Shown here: piece after piece, positions 43,938-54,858 of the stretch | Position numbering within the stretch: position 1 is the stretch's first letter | How the letters are laid out: each line of letters opens with the position of its first letter | Assembly: GCA_964588375.1 (NCBI GenBank) | Contig: CAZPPH010000002.1 | Coordinates: 980-64,979 of the forward strand | Direction: 5' to 3' | Length of the DNA: 64,000 bases | Source: an uncultured Rhodobacterales bacterium | GTDB lineage: Bacteria > Pseudomonadota > Alphaproteobacteria > Rhodobacterales > Rhodobacteraceae | Translations under genes and position numbers: made by a program | The notes under the pieces: model-generated | Told to the model about the DNA's origin: nothing | Database searches by the model: none | What the model saw: the letters and a program-made list of their open reading frames with translations, nothing else

Positions 43938-44411
43938 TCAATCCCGGGTCCAGCCCGACGGACCGTCGCGTCGCGAGGGCGGCACCTCTTCGAAACTGCC
44001 CTCGATGGTCTGGTCGTCCGGTCCGGCCCCCGGCCCGGGGCGCCGGCCGTAGGTTACCGTCTCGACGCGTATGCGCTTGCGGATGAAGTGGTAGACGGCA
44101 GACCGGACAGGCGGGATGAGCAGCGCGAACCCCACCGCGTCGGTGAAAAAACCGGGCGTGAGAAGAAGCGCGCCCGAGAAGAGCACCATCGCGCCGTGGG
44201 CAAGCGACTCGGTCGGGTCTGAAAGCCGCTCGAATGAACCGCGCACCTGCCCGAGCACGCGGAGGCCCTGGGAGCGCACGAGAAATGTGCCGGCGATGGC
44301 GGTGAGAACGACGACGGCAAGAGTCGGCCAGAGGCCGATCAGACCTCCAACCTGGATGAACAGTGCGATCTCCACGAGGGGCACGACGAGAAACAGCAAG
44401 AAGAGCCACAT
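43938..44411 (-). CDS. fxsA: FxsA-family cytoplasmic membrane protein
   Basis: LFLLFLVVPLVEIALFIQVGGLIG N-terminus typical of FxsA. ATG 44411. Confidence 0.8.
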   Translation of the reverse strand: MWLFLLFLVVPLVEIALFIQVGGLIGLWPTLAVVVLTAIAGTFLVRSQGLRVLGQVRGSFERLSDPTESLAHGAMVLFSGALLLTPGFFTDAVGFALLIPPVRSAVYHFIRKRIRVETVTYGRRPGPGAGPDDQTIEGSFEEVPPSRRDGPSGWTRD

Positions 44412-44513
44412 ATTCCACCCGATGTCGCAGGGGGCTGGCATAGACTTGAGCCCTGCGTCACCCTACATATGGTTCCTGATCGACGATTGCCATCGCGCCA
44501 ACCGGGACGACTC

Positions 44514-45179
44514 ATGAGTTCAGCCATCATCCAGCTTCTGGTCCTTGCGGGGATCGCCGTGTTTCTCATCCTAAGGCTGAGAAGTGTTCTCGGCACGAGG
44601 GACGGGTTTGAAAAACCTCCCGTATCCGGCCCCGCTTCGGGCGAGCGCCGGGTGCAACGGCCGGAATTCGACGTCATAGAGGGCGGGCCCGACCGCGACA
44701 TCACCGACCATGTCGACGAGGGCACCGAGACCGCGAAAGCGTTGGCGGCGATGAAAGCCGTCGACCCCGACTTCAACGTCCGGGAATTTCTCGAAGGTGC
44801 GCGCGGCGCATACGAGATGATCCTGATGGCGTTCGAGGCCGGCGATATGGACGAGGTCCGCGGATTTCTGGCGGACGACGTGGCCGAAAGCTTCGACGAG
44901 GTGATCGCGCAGCGTGAGGAGCAGGGCCTGACGATCGACGCGAACTTCGTCGGCGTTCGCGAGGTGACCCTGCAGGGCGCGACGCTCGATCGCTCAACCA
45001 CAGAGGGCGAAGTGACCGTGCGTTTCGTCGGAGAGCTTACCTCGGTTGTGAAGAACGCGGCGGGCGATGTTGTTGAGGGCGACCCCAACGAGATCAAGCG
45101 GCAGAGAGATGTCTGGACTTTCGCGCGGGTGATGGGGTCGGATGACCCGAACTGGCAGCTCGTCGCCACGGGAGAATGA
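44514..45179 (+). CDS. Tim44-like domain membrane protein
   Basis: N-terminal TM (MSSAIIQLLVLAGIAVFLILRL) and a C-terminal Tim44-like fold region ending WTFARVMGSDDPNWQLVAT. Confidence 0.8.
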   Translation: MSSAIIQLLVLAGIAVFLILRLRSVLGTRDGFEKPPVSGPASGERRVQRPEFDVIEGGPDRDITDHVDEGTETAKALAAMKAVDPDFNVREFLEGARGAYEMILMAFEAGDMDEVRGFLADDVAESFDEVIAQREEQGLTIDANFVGVREVTLQGATLDRSTTEGEVTVRFVGELTSVVKNAAGDVVEGDPNEIKRQRDVWTFARVMGSDDPNWQLVATGE

Positions 45180-46198
45180 TCCGTGCGGCTGTCATGGCCG
45201 CCGTGGGCGCGGCGATGATGGCAGGCGCCGCGGCGGCAGAGGCGCGTTATTCCTTCGTCGACTGGGCCGCGCTCGAAGGCTGGGCGGAGGACGATCACGC
45301 CGCCGCCCTTTCGGTGTTCACCGAAACATGCGGCGACCTCGATGGCCCCCATTGGCCTGCGATCTGCGAGATCGCGCGAAACTCGCCGCCGGCGCGGGAG
45401 TTCTTCGAGCGGTTCTTCCTGCCGGTGATGGCCGATGACGGCAGCGAACCGCTGTTCACTGGCTATTTCGAGCCGGAGCTCGCCGGCTCTCTCGTGCCGA
45501 CGCCGACCTTTCGCTACCCGCTCTACCGCCGTCCACCAGAGCTTTCCGGCGGACCCTGGCTCACGCGACGGGAGATCGAGACGACCGGCGCCCTTGATGG
45601 ACGGGGGCTCGAGATCGCCTGGCTCGCAGACCCGGTCGACAAGTTCTTTCTTCAGATACAAGGCTCCGGCCGTGTCCATCTGCCGGACGGCAGTCGCCTT
45701 CGCGTCGGCTTCGGCGGCAAGAATGGCCACCCCTACAGATCGGTCGGCAACGAAATGGTTCGCCGCGGCCTTCTCGCCGCAAATCAGGTTTCCGCCCGGA
45801 TGATCCGGAGTTGGGTGGCGGCGAACCCCTCCGAGGGCGCCTCGCTTCTGCGCCACAATCCATCCTATGTCTTTTTTCGGGAGGTGACCCGGGTGCCGGC
45901 ACATCGCGGCCCTCTCGGAGCCATGAACCGGTCGATCACCGCGGGACGGTCAGTGGCGGTGGACCCGGATTTCACGCCCCTCGGAGCGCCCGTCTGGGTC
46001 GAAAAGGACGGCGAGGAGCCGATCCGCCGTCTTTTTGTCGCTCAGGACACGGGCTCCGCGATCAAGGGCGCACAGCGGGCCGACATCTTCTTCGGAACCG
46101 GAGACGAGGCCGGAGAGGCTGCGGGCCGCGTGCGCGACAGGGGCCGTCTCGTGGTTCTCCTGCCGATAGAGATGGCCCTCGAACTCGCGGGCGGCTGA
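45176..46198 (+). CDS. mltA: Murein transglycosylase A
   Basis: GYFEPEL, FFLQIQGSGRV and the 3D-domain tail (AQDTGSAIKG..RADIFFG). ATGA overlap with the upstream gene. Confidence 0.85.
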   Translation: MIRAAVMAAVGAAMMAGAAAAEARYSFVDWAALEGWAEDDHAAALSVFTETCGDLDGPHWPAICEIARNSPPAREFFERFFLPVMADDGSEPLFTGYFEPELAGSLVPTPTFRYPLYRRPPELSGGPWLTRREIETTGALDGRGLEIAWLADPVDKFFLQIQGSGRVHLPDGSRLRVGFGGKNGHPYRSVGNEMVRRGLLAANQVSARMIRSWVAANPSEGASLLRHNPSYVFFREVTRVPAHRGPLGAMNRSITAGRSVAVDPDFTPLGAPVWVEKDGEEPIRRLFVAQDTGSAIKGAQRADIFFGTGDEAGEAAGRVRDRGRLVVLLPIEMALELAGG

Positions 46199-46201
46199 CC
46201 C

Positions 46202-46786
46202 ATGGCGAGGCGGCGCATGCGTGAGCTTCGTCCCGAGGAGCGCCAGCTTTGGGAGAGTTATTCCCGGGACGTGCGCCCCCAGCTGCCCGGGCCGAAACCC
46301 GCCGCGGAACCTTCCCCGCCGGCGCAACCATCCGCGTCGAACCCGCCGGCCAGCCCTCTTTCGATACCCCCCTTCCGTATAGGCGAGGCGGCCCGCGGGC
46401 CCGACAGCGTGGCGGTTTCGCGCGCAGGACCGGCCTGGGACGGACCGGCGCGAATGGACCACAAGACCTTTGGCAAGATGAAGAAGGGCCGTCTGAAGCC
46501 GGATGCCCGCATCGACCTGCACGGCAAGACCGTCGATGAGGCCCATGGCCTGCTTACCGCCTTCATTCTTTCACGGCAGGGGCGCGGTGACCGCCTGGTG
46601 CTCGTGATCACCGGCAAGGGTGAGCGGGATGGCCCGGCCCCGGTCGAGCGTGGCGTGCTTCGCCGCCAGGTCCCTCATTGGCTCGCTCTGCCACCGCTGT
46701 CGTCGGCCGTGCTCGACGTCTCGCCCGCCCACAGGCGTCATGGCGGCGACGGAGCGCTCTACGTCTATCTACGTAGCCTCCGCTGA
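46202..46786 (+). CDS. Smr (small MutS-related) domain protein
   Basis: The C-terminal IDLHGKTVDEAHGLL...LVITGKG motif is characteristic of Smr domains. Confidence 0.8.
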   Translation: MARRRMRELRPEERQLWESYSRDVRPQLPGPKPAAEPSPPAQPSASNPPASPLSIPPFRIGEAARGPDSVAVSRAGPAWDGPARMDHKTFGKMKKGRLKPDARIDLHGKTVDEAHGLLTAFILSRQGRGDRLVLVITGKGERDGPAPVERGVLRRQVPHWLALPPLSSAVLDVSPAHRRHGGDGALYVYLRSLR

Positions 46787-48013
46787 AGGTGGCCGGGCGC
46801 GGGCGACGCCGAAGGCGACAAGACCCGCGCAGAGAAGGAAGTAGACGGCAATTCCCGGCATCTGACTGGCGAATGGCAGGCCCGCGTCTATGAGAGTGCC
46901 GGTGAGCACCGGACCGACCGCCGTGCCGAACACCATGATCGCCGTGGCGAGCGACTTGATCGCCCCGAGGTGGCGGGTCCCGTAAGCCTCCGCCCAGAAG
47001 GCGGCCGGGACTGTGGAGTTCGCTCCCTGTGTGGCCCCCATGAGCATCATCGCGACGCCTGTCAGCCAGATGCTTTCGGCACCCGACATCACGAGGAAAC
47101 CGATCGCCATGGGCAGGAGCACGAATGGCATCAGCCGCAGGGCTCCGAGCTTGTCTATGAGCCAGCCCGACAGCATCAGCGTGGCGATGGCGGACCCGGT
47201 GAAGAGAGGAAACATCGCCACGAGCGTGGCATGGCTCCACCCTTTCACCTCGGCGAGGTGCACCTGGTGGAAGAAGAAGGCGGTCGAAAACGCCGATGGC
47301 GCCAGAAGTGACGGAAAGACGAGCCAGAAGAGCTCGTGTCTGAAGAGGTCGCGCCGCGCCCAGTGCCTCTCGCCAAGCCCGGCCGCGCTGGTTTCGCCCG
47401 AAAGGCTTTGTGGCGTGCGCTCGAGACGCAGCAGCCGGAAAAGCAGCGGAATTGTCGCGACCGAAAGAAGTGCCGCACCCACCCAGATGAGGCGCCAGTC
47501 GTAAAGCGTCATGAGAGCGACGGCGAGAAGCGGCAGGAACGCCTCGCCCGCGGCCACGCCGAGCGATGCGATGGAGAGCGCCCTGCCCCGCATGGCCACG
47601 TACCAGCGCGCCATCGCCACGATGGCGATATGATTCGCCATGCCCTGGCCGGCCAGCCGTAGAAGGAAGACCGCGGCGACGAGCATGGCGAGGTTTCCGG
47701 CCAGCGCCATCGCGAGCGCGGCGGCGGCGAGAAGAAGCGCGACCCAGAGTCCGAGGGCCCGGGCCCGGAACCGGTCGGTCAACACCCCGGCCCAGACCAT
47801 GACCGCTGCCGAGGCGAAGGTTCCGAGCGAATAGATCGCTCCCCAGCCGCCGTGGCTCAGCCCGAACTCCTCCCGGATCTCTCCGGCGAAGACAGAGATG
47901 AAAAAGGTCTGACCGAAGGAAGAGAGCAGCGTGAGAAGAGCGCCGGCCGAGAGGAACGGCGCATTCTCCCGGATGAAGCGGAGTGCTGTGGTCGGGTCAT
48001 GCGGCAGCGCCAC
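46769..48013 (-). CDS. MFS transporter
   Basis: 414 aa with about 12 hydrophobic segments and a DRFRAR-type loop motif between TM2 and TM3. Confidence 0.85.
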   Translation of the reverse strand: MALPHDPTTALRFIRENAPFLSAGALLTLLSSFGQTFFISVFAGEIREEFGLSHGGWGAIYSLGTFASAAVMVWAGVLTDRFRARALGLWVALLLAAAALAMALAGNLAMLVAAVFLLRLAGQGMANHIAIVAMARWYVAMRGRALSIASLGVAAGEAFLPLLAVALMTLYDWRLIWVGAALLSVATIPLLFRLLRLERTPQSLSGETSAAGLGERHWARRDLFRHELFWLVFPSLLAPSAFSTAFFFHQVHLAEVKGWSHATLVAMFPLFTGSAIATLMLSGWLIDKLGALRLMPFVLLPMAIGFLVMSGAESIWLTGVAMMLMGATQGANSTVPAAFWAEAYGTRHLGAIKSLATAIMVFGTAVGPVLTGTLIDAGLPFASQMPGIAVYFLLCAGLVAFGVARARPPSAEAT

Positions 48014-48014
48014 G

Positions 48015-49100
48015 CTACAGATCCGGCGCGAGCAGGATTTCGGTGACGTTACGCACGGTCAGTACGCTTCCGGCAAGCAGGCCAACCCGCCCTGAGCGGT
48101 CGCCTTCAAACGCTCGGTCGACATCGCCGAGGCGCCGCAGCAGCGCCAGGAGCGCAGGCGACGAAGCGGCGGTAAAATGGCCCGCACCCGTTGAAAAGGC
48201 TGTTACGTCGAGCAATGTCACGTCGAATTCAGAGAGCCTTTCCGGGTCGTCGATATTGCCGAGCCGGCGTGTCCGGCCGCTGAGCCGTGCGGCAACCTCG
48301 AGCACCCGGTCGCGCTCGGAAACGAAGATCGCGAAAGGCTGCGGCAGAGGCCCGATTCTCAGCGCCTGGATCTTGAAGACGTCGATGTCGATGTCGGGCG
48401 AAACCAGGACGACCCCGTCGATCTCGCGCTGCGGCCAACCCGGATCGGCGATGGCTATCTGTCGAAGCGCCTCCATGGTGAGCTGCGCGCCGAGGGAATG
48501 GGCGACGATCAGCACCCGCCCGGCGCCGATATCGGTGAGAAGGCGCAGAAGCTCTTCGAGACCGTCTCTGGCGAACAGGACGCTATCGCGATCGTATCCG
48601 TAGCCGAGCGGGGTTTCGTAGGTCGGCCATGAATAATGGACGGCGACCGCTGGAAGCTCGAGATCGTGGCTGAGCTGCGCGATGCGCAAGACCCCCTCCG
48701 CGAAGGTGTTGTTGAAACCGTGAACATAGACCACCACTTCGCGCTCGCGGCCGGGGCGAGCCGCAAGAGCCCGCGCGAGGTCGCGGCGAAACGCGGCGGG
48801 ACCGTCATAGCGTCTGGCTTCGGTCGCCAGGAATTCGGTTTCGGGGTCGATGAAGGGCGGGTCAGGAAAGGTCACGCTTCCGGTCGTGCGCTCCGGCGGC
48901 ACCGAGACCGTCCGGAAGAGGTAATCGACGGTGTCGGAACGATACCGCGAAGGGTCGCCGTTCAGGATCAGTCGCCGCGTGGTGGCAATGTATACGCCGA
49001 CCTCTTCCCCGACGCCCGCGGCCTCCGGCACGACGAGAAGGTCACCCCTCGGCGAACAAGCTGAAAGAAGGAGACAGCCCAGAAGGAGGACGACACGCAT
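48015..49100 (-). CDS. Alpha/beta hydrolase lipoprotein (DUF900-like esterase)
   Basis: Lipobox in MRVVLLLGCLLLSAC. YVHGFNN and AHSLG nucleophile elbow. Start chosen at ATG 49100. Confidence 0.7.
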   Translation of the reverse strand: MRVVLLLGCLLLSACSPRGDLLVVPEAAGVGEEVGVYIATTRRLILNGDPSRYRSDTVDYLFRTVSVPPERTTGSVTFPDPPFIDPETEFLATEARRYDGPAAFRRDLARALAARPGREREVVVYVHGFNNTFAEGVLRIAQLSHDLELPAVAVHYSWPTYETPLGYGYDRDSVLFARDGLEELLRLLTDIGAGRVLIVAHSLGAQLTMEALRQIAIADPGWPQREIDGVVLVSPDIDIDVFKIQALRIGPLPQPFAIFVSERDRVLEVAARLSGRTRRLGNIDDPERLSEFDVTLLDVTAFSTGAGHFTAASSPALLALLRRLGDVDRAFEGDRSGRVGLLAGSVLTVRNVTEILLAPDL

Positions 49101-49160
49101 GAAAGGCACCGGAACAGGTGGCGTCAGTGATAGGTGCTGCTGGCCCGGAGGCAAGCCCCG

Positions 49161-50468
49161 TCAGAGCACGTAGCGGCTCATGTCGGCGGATTTCGCCAGA
49201 TCACCGAGATGAGTGTCGACGAACGCATCATCGACGGTGACGGTTTCGCCCGATTTGTCGGGAGCGGCGAAGGAAAGGTCTTCGAAGACCCGCTCCATCA
49301 CGGTGTAGAGCCTGCGCGCGCCGATGTTCTCGATCGACTGGTTGACGTCCGCCGCGATTTTCGCCAGCGCCGCAATGCCATCTTCCGTGAAGGTAACGGT
49401 CACCATCTCCGTCGCCATGAGGGCTGTGTATTGGCGGGTGAGGGCATTGTCGGTCTCGGTGAGAATGCGCACGAAGTCTTCTTCGGTGAGCGCCCGAAGC
49501 TCCACCCGGATGGGCAGGCGGCCCTGAAGCTCCGGCAGGAGATCCGAGGGTTTGGCGATGTGAAAGGCGCCGCTGGCGATGAACAGGATATGGTCGGTTT
49601 TCACCGGCCCGTGCTTCGTCGAGACGGTGGTGCCCTCGATGAGCGGAAGAAGGTCGCGCTGGACGCCTTCGCGGGAGACATCGGCGCCGCGGGCATCCGA
49701 CCGCGCGGTGACCTTGTCGATCTCGTCCAGAAACACGATTCCGTTCTGCTCGACCGCGTTCAGGGCCTCCTTGGTCACGGCCTCGTCGTCGAGAAGCTTG
49801 TCGGCTTCCTCCGAGACCAGAATGTCGTAGCTGTCAGCCACGCGCAGGCGCTTGCGGACCGTGCGGCCCTGGAACGCCTTTCCGAACAGGTCTCCAAGGT
49901 TCATGCCGGGCATGCCGCCACCCGGCTGGCCGGGAATCTCGAAGGCCGGGAACGGCGAGGAGCTGTCGGCGACGTCGAGGTCGATCACGGTGTCGTCGAG
50001 TTCGCCGGCGCGGAGTTTCTTGCGGAACATCTCCTTCGTCTGTTCCCGCGCGCCCTCACCCGCGATGGCCGCGAGCACGCGCTCCTCGGCATTCTCCTCC
50101 GCCCGCGCCTTCACGTCCTCCCGCATGTACTCGCGGGTCTGGGTGATGGCGGTCTCGACAAGGTCGCGCACGATCTGCTCGACATCCCGGCCGACATATC
50201 CGACCTCGGTGAACTTCGTTGCCTCGACCTTGAGGAATGGAGCGCGCGCGAGCTTTGCGAGCCGACGCGAGATTTCGGTCTTCCCGACGCCCGTGGGCCC
50301 GATCATCAGGATATTCTTGGGGTAGACTTCATCGCGAAGGTCGTCCGAAAGCTGCTTGCGCCGCCACCGGTTGCGAAGGGCGACCGCGACGGCGCGCTTG
50401 GCGTCCTTCTGGCCGATGATGAACCGGTCGAGTTCGGAAACGATCTCGCGGGGAGTGAGGTCGGTCAT
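49161..50468 (-). CDS. hslU: ATP-dependent protease ATPase subunit HslU
   Basis: [16 protein letters not shown], Walker A GPTGVGKT and FIASGAF motifs. Confidence 0.95.
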   Translation of the reverse strand: MTDLTPREIVSELDRFIIGQKDAKRAVAVALRNRWRRKQLSDDLRDEVYPKNILMIGPTGVGKTEISRRLAKLARAPFLKVEATKFTEVGYVGRDVEQIVRDLVETAITQTREYMREDVKARAEENAEERVLAAIAGEGAREQTKEMFRKKLRAGELDDTVIDLDVADSSSPFPAFEIPGQPGGGMPGMNLGDLFGKAFQGRTVRKRLRVADSYDILVSEEADKLLDDEAVTKEALNAVEQNGIVFLDEIDKVTARSDARGADVSREGVQRDLLPLIEGTTVSTKHGPVKTDHILFIASGAFHIAKPSDLLPELQGRLPIRVELRALTEEDFVRILTETDNALTRQYTALMATEMVTVTFTEDGIAALAKIAADVNQSIENIGARRLYTVMERVFEDLSFAAPDKSGETVTVDDAFVDTHLGDLAKSADMSRYVL

Positions 50469-51019
50469 TTGGCCAGTCTTTCAACCGTGAGGTTGCCGTT
50501 GGTGTAAACGCAGATCTCGGCGGCGATTTCCATTGCGCGCCGGGCGATCGTCTCCGCATCGTCCGGCCCGTCGACGAGCGCGCGGGCGGCGGCGAGGGCG
50601 TAGTTTCCGCCCGACCCGATGGCGGTGACATCGTGCTCGGGCTCTAGAACGTCCCCTGCCCCGGTCACGACGTAAAGGTCCGCGCCGTCGGTGACGATGA
50701 GGAACGCTTCGAGCTTCTGAAGGTATTTGTCGGTCCGCCAATCCTTGGCGAGCTCGACACAGGCGCGCTGAAGCTGGCCCGGTGTGGCCTCGAGCTTCGT
50801 TTCAAGCCGCTCGAGCAGCGTGAAAGCGTCCGCGGTGGAGCCGGCGAAGCCCGCGAGGATCTCGAAGCCGCCCGGTGAAAGCCGGCGTACCTTCCGTGCG
50901 GTGCCCTTGATGACGGTCTGGCCGAGACTGACCTGACCGTCGCCGGCGATGACGACCTCGCCGCCCTTGCGGACGCCGATGATCGTGGTGCCGTGCCAAC
51001 CCGGGAAGTTCTCAGCCAT
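50465..51019 (-). CDS. hslV: ATP-dependent protease subunit HslV
   Basis: [13 protein letters not shown]-terminal Thr active-site context. 4-nt overlap with hslU. Confidence 0.95.
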   Translation of the reverse strand: MAENFPGWHGTTIIGVRKGGEVVIAGDGQVSLGQTVIKGTARKVRRLSPGGFEILAGFAGSTADAFTLLERLETKLEATPGQLQRACVELAKDWRTDKYLQKLEAFLIVTDGADLYVVTGAGDVLEPEHDVTAIGSGGNYALAAARALVDGPDDAETIARRAMEIAAEICVYTNGNLTVERLAK

Positions 51020-51054
51020 GATCGCCTCTGTCTGGGCCTTTGTTCTGGCGGACT

Positions 51055-51083
51055 ATATGGCCGCGGGCGCCACGCGGCACAAG
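51055..51083 (-). promoter_or_regulatory. Putative sigma-32 (RpoH)-type promoter of hslVU
   Basis: The minus strand reads CTTGTGC-N14-GGCCATAT, compared with the E. coli sigma-32 consensus CTTGAAA-N13/14-CCCCATNT. It ends 36 nt upstream of the hslV ATG. Motif-only call. Confidence 0.35.
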
Positions 51084-51088
51084 GCGCG

Positions 51089-51118
51089 CAAAGGAAAAGG
51101 GCGCCCGAAGGCGCCCTG
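51089..51118 (-). terminator. Intrinsic terminator downstream of trxA
   Basis: The minus strand reads AGGGCGCC-UUCG-GGCGCCCU followed by UUUCCUUUG. Confidence 0.6.
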
Positions 51119-51139
51119 CCCCTGCGGCCGGAACGGACC

Positions 51140-51460
51140 CTAGATGACTTCCTTGATCCAGTTCTCGAGCGCCGCCTTCGGCGCCGCTCCGGTCTTGTTC
51201 GAGACGACCTGGCCATCCTTGAACATGAACAGCGCGGGAATGCCGCGGACGCCGAGCTGGCCGGCGTTCATCTGGTCTTCGTCCACATTGACCTTGGCGA
51301 CCTTGATCTTGCCCGCGTATTGCTCGGAAAGCTCCTCGAGCGCGGGGCCGATCTGCTTGCAGGGCCCGCACCAGGGCGCCCAGAAATCGACAACGACGGG
51401 AATGTCGGAGTTCTTGACTTCTGCGTCGAACGTGGCGTCGGTAACGGCGACGGTGGCCAT
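51140..51460 (-). CDS. trxA: Thioredoxin
   Basis: WAPWCGPCK active site, 106 aa. Confidence 0.95.
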   Translation of the reverse strand: MATVAVTDATFDAEVKNSDIPVVVDFWAPWCGPCKQIGPALEELSEQYAGKIKVAKVNVDEDQMNAGQLGVRGIPALFMFKDGQVVSNKTGAAPKAALENWIKEVI

Positions 51461-51519
51461 GGCAGCCTCCTTGGCAATGACGGATCAGGGTGGGAAGGTA
51501 GGAAGCCGCCTTGCCCCCG

Positions 51520-54500
51520 TCAAGATGTGGCGGAACGCGCGAGAGCTGCCCTCACGATCTCGTGCGGCAATTGCATGAGGGTTCCCGTGGCCGTCCACAG
51601 AATGGCGGTCTCGATGTGTCTGTCCGGGTAGATTTCCGCAAGTGCCGATGTATAGGCGCCCATCTGGCGGAGGATGCCGGACGGCACATCTTCCGGCCGA
51701 TCCGGCACCACGCGGTTCGACTTGAAATCGATGGCGAGGATGCGGCCGGCCTCGACGCATAGCCGATCTATCGTGCCTCGAAGCGGACGACCGTCGAGCG
51801 TGGCGGCGAAGGAGACTTCGGCAAGGGTATCTGGCGAGAAGACATGCGCCAGATGCGGCGCGCCGAAGAGCCGCTCGGCATCGGCCAATAGACGGGCGCG
51901 CAGGTCGGGGTCGGTTGCGGGCAGGAGTGCGGCGGCGTGGGCGACGCGAAGTTCGGCGGGCAGACCGGGCAGGTGTTCGAGAAGGAGGTGAAGCGCGGTG
52001 CCGTAGGCCAGCGGGTCACCCTCCCCGGCCGCCACGGCCTCGCCCGAAAGAACCTTCTCTCCACCGAGATCCGATGGCGAGAGCGGGCGCTCTTCCTCGG
52101 GAGGCGCCCGGTCGGGGCGGTCGACCCAGACGGGATAGGCCGTTTCATCCTGCCAGGTGTCCTCGCTCTCTGCCCGCGCGCCCGACCAGACACCGCGCTG
52201 CAGGCGCATGATTTCGGCGCCGCCCGGGAGCGTCGCCGGCGCGGCATGGGCCTGGGTCAGCCCGTCGGCGACGGCTTCGTACCAGGTGTCGCCCTTCGTC
52301 GGAGCCTTCCCCGCCCCGGCGACGACAAGCCAGCTTTCGGCCCTTGTCATCGCGACGTAAAGGAGCCGGCGCCGCTCTTCCTCTTCGGCCCGCTTTCGCG
52401 CATCTGCGGCTTCCGCGAGGGCGGCGGGGCGTTCCGCGCGCGGCAGCGACCAGAACGGCACGCCGGTTTCGGTCGTCAGAACATGGCGGGGCCGCTCGCG
52501 ATCGTCGCGCAGCGTGTCGGGGAGAATGACGATCGGGCTCTCGAGGCCCTTGGCCCCGTGAACCGTCATCACCCGGATCCCCGCATCTGCGCCGGCGGAC
52601 TGGCGCTTGATCTCGATCGAATGACTTTCGTGCCAGGCCAGAAAGCCGGCGAGACTCGGGGGTGCGGATTGCTCGTAGCGCATCGTCTCCCCCAAGAGCG
52701 CGTCTATGCCCTCCTCCGCCTCGACCCCGAGCCGGGCGAGCAACCTTGCGCGGCCGCCATGGCGGGTGAGCAGACGCTCGACAAGCTCGTGGGGGCGGAG
52801 GAAGTCGGCCTGCCCGCGCAGATCATTCAGAATTTCGAGGGTTGGGCCATGCCGATCGCCCGCGTTCCGCAACGCCTCCCAGAGAAAGCTCCCGCGAGGC
52901 CGGGCGAGCCTGTAGAGATCCCGCTCGGACCAGCCGAAGAGCGGCGAGCGAAGTGCGGTGGCCAGCGCGAGGTCGTCTTCGGGAAGTGCCAGAAAGGACA
53001 GGGTGGCGACGATGTCGCGTGCGGCCAGCTCTGACTGAATGCGCATCCTGTCGGCGCCGGCCACGTTGAGCCCGGCAGTCTTGCAGGCTCGGATGATCTG
53101 GTGAAAGAGGGCATTCCGCCCCTGCACGAGGATCAGAACGTCGCTTTCGGTCACCGGCCGAAATTCGCCGTTTTCCGCCGGAACAGTCTCTGTTTCGACC
53201 CAGCGGCGCACTTCGCGCGCGATGCGGTTGGCGAGGCGGGCGGCCGGCGCGCTTTCGAGCACCCGGTCGACAGGGTCGAACCATTCCGCTTCGTCGTCCT
53301 TCTCGCCCGGCTCCTCGATGGGCCAGAGGTCGACCCGGCCCGGCAGGCGGGCCTTGAAGGCGGTGTGGTCCACGCGGCCACCGAGGCCCGAGGCACGGGG
53401 GCCCGTGAAGGTGGCATCGACCGCTTCGAGAATCGCGGGCGCGGACCGGAAGGAATGAACGAGCCTGCTGGTCGCGAGCCCCGGCCCCCCCCTCAAACGG
53501 CTGGAGAAGAGCTCCCGCATCTCCTCCATCCTGCGGGGATCCGCGCCCTGAAACGAGTAGATCGACTGCTTGAGGTCACCGACGACGAAGATGGTGCGGC
53601 GGACGTCCTCGCGCACGCCCTTGCCGGCAGTCATCTCCGCGGCAAGCTTTTCTATGACTTCCCACTGACCCGGCGAGGTGTCCTGGGCTTCGTCGACGAG
53701 GATGTGATCGATGTCGCCGTCGATACGCCAGAGAACCCATTCGGCGACGGACGGATCGGAGAACAGGCGGTTGGCGCGTGCGATGAGGTCGGCGAAGTCG
53801 AGCGCGCCGCGCTCGGCCTTGGCGCGTTCGTATGCAGGCAGGAAGCTCTGGGCGAAGCGGCGAAGCGCGTCGGCTTTCTCGAGCGCGGCAACGGCGAGGC
53901 GGGGCTCGCGCAGGCGCTCGGCGCGTTCCATCATCGCATCGAGCGCATCGAGGGTCGGCCCCAGCGCCGCGCGCGTGGCCTTGGTCGGAAAGCTGCCCAC
54001 TTTCGCTGTGAAGGGGCTGCCGGCGCTGGAGCTTGTGAGGAAAACCGATTCCAGAATGGCATGATCGTCGGCCGTCATGTTCGCAGGATCGACCGAAGCG
54101 ATCTTCTTCAGCGCTCTTTCATCGCTGCTCGAGCCCCCCGCCAGCGCGGTCTTGAGGGAGGCCAGCGTTGCGGGCCCGTCGTTGCCGACGAGATCGGAAA
54201 GCAGCGCCTCCGCGGTGAGGCTCTGCGGAATGCCCATACAATCTGCCAAAGCTGGCCGGTCGAGCTTCGTGGTGAAGGATGGCGCCGCGTCGACCACGGC
54301 TTTCGACAGCTCTGACAGATCGTCCGTGGAAAGATACCGGGCAACGGCCGCGATCTCGGGGGCGCCCCGCCGGGCCAGCGTATCCACGACGTCTTCGCGC
54401 AGCATGTCGGCGTCGGCATCTTCCAGTTCACGGAAGCCGGGAGAGACACCCGCCTCGAGGGGAAAGCGGCGCAGAAGCATGGCGCAGAAGGCGTGGATCG

Positions 54501-54858
54501 TCTGAATCTTGATGCCGCCAGGCGTCTCGATGGCTCGGGCGAAAAGGGTACGGGCACGATCAAGGTCCGGAGTGCCGGTCACGCCGGTCTTCGCGAGTTC
54601 CTCCCGAAGCTCAGCATCCTCCATCATCGCCCATGCGCCGAGGCGCTTGAACAGACGGTTCTGCATCTCTGCCGCCGCGGCCTTGGTGTAGGTCAGGCAA
54701 AGCACGCCTTCGGGATCGACCCCGTCGAGCAGAAGCCGGGTGACCCGGTCGGTGAGCACCTTCGTCTTGCCCGAGCCGGCGTTTGCCGTGAGCCAGGTCG
54801 ACGCTGCGGGATTGGCGGCAGTGACCTGTGCGAGAGTGGCATCGTCGAACCCGGTCAC
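51520..54858 (-). CDS. addA: Double-strand break repair helicase-nuclease AddA (UvrD/PcrA-like helicase plus RecB-type nuclease)
   Basis: ANAGSGKTKVL Walker A, VDEAQDTS and a C-terminal nuclease region (IDRL...AIDFKSN). GTG at 54858 overlaps the addB TGA. The track's upstream ATG at 54897 is an alternative start. Confidence 0.9.
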   Translation of the reverse strand: MTGFDDATLAQVTAANPAASTWLTANAGSGKTKVLTDRVTRLLLDGVDPEGVLCLTYTKAAAAEMQNRLFKRLGAWAMMEDAELREELAKTGVTGTPDLDRARTLFARAIETPGGIKIQTIHAFCAMLLRRFPLEAGVSPGFRELEDADADMLREDVVDTLARRGAPEIAAVARYLSTDDLSELSKAVVDAAPSFTTKLDRPALADCMGIPQSLTAEALLSDLVGNDGPATLASLKTALAGGSSSDERALKKIASVDPANMTADDHAILESVFLTSSSAGSPFTAKVGSFPTKATRAALGPTLDALDAMMERAERLREPRLAVAALEKADALRRFAQSFLPAYERAKAERGALDFADLIARANRLFSDPSVAEWVLWRIDGDIDHILVDEAQDTSPGQWEVIEKLAAEMTAGKGVREDVRRTIFVVGDLKQSIYSFQGADPRRMEEMRELFSSRLRGGPGLATSRLVHSFRSAPAILEAVDATFTGPRASGLGGRVDHTAFKARLPGRVDLWPIEEPGEKDDEAEWFDPVDRVLESAPAARLANRIAREVRRWVETETVPAENGEFRPVTESDVLILVQGRNALFHQIIRACKTAGLNVAGADRMRIQSELAARDIVATLSFLALPEDDLALATALRSPLFGWSERDLYRLARPRGSFLWEALRNAGDRHGPTLEILNDLRGQADFLRPHELVERLLTRHGGRARLLARLGVEAEEGIDALLGETMRYEQSAPPSLAGFLAWHESHSIEIKRQSAGADAGIRVMTVHGAKGLESPIVILPDTLRDDRERPRHVLTTETGVPFWSLPRAERPAALAEAADARKRAEEEERRRLLYVAMTRAESWLVVAGAGKAPTKGDTWYEAVADGLTQAHAAPATLPGGAEIMRLQRGVWSGARAESEDTWQDETAYPVWVDRPDRAPPEEERPLSPSDLGGEKVLSGEAVAAGEGDPLAYGTALHLLLEHLPGLPAELRVAHAAALLPATDPDLRARLLADAERLFGAPHLAHVFSPDTLAEVSFAATLDGRPLRGTIDRLCVEAGRILAIDFKSNRVVPDRPEDVPSGILRQMGAYTSALAEIYPDRHIETAILWTATGTLMQLPHEIVRAALARSATS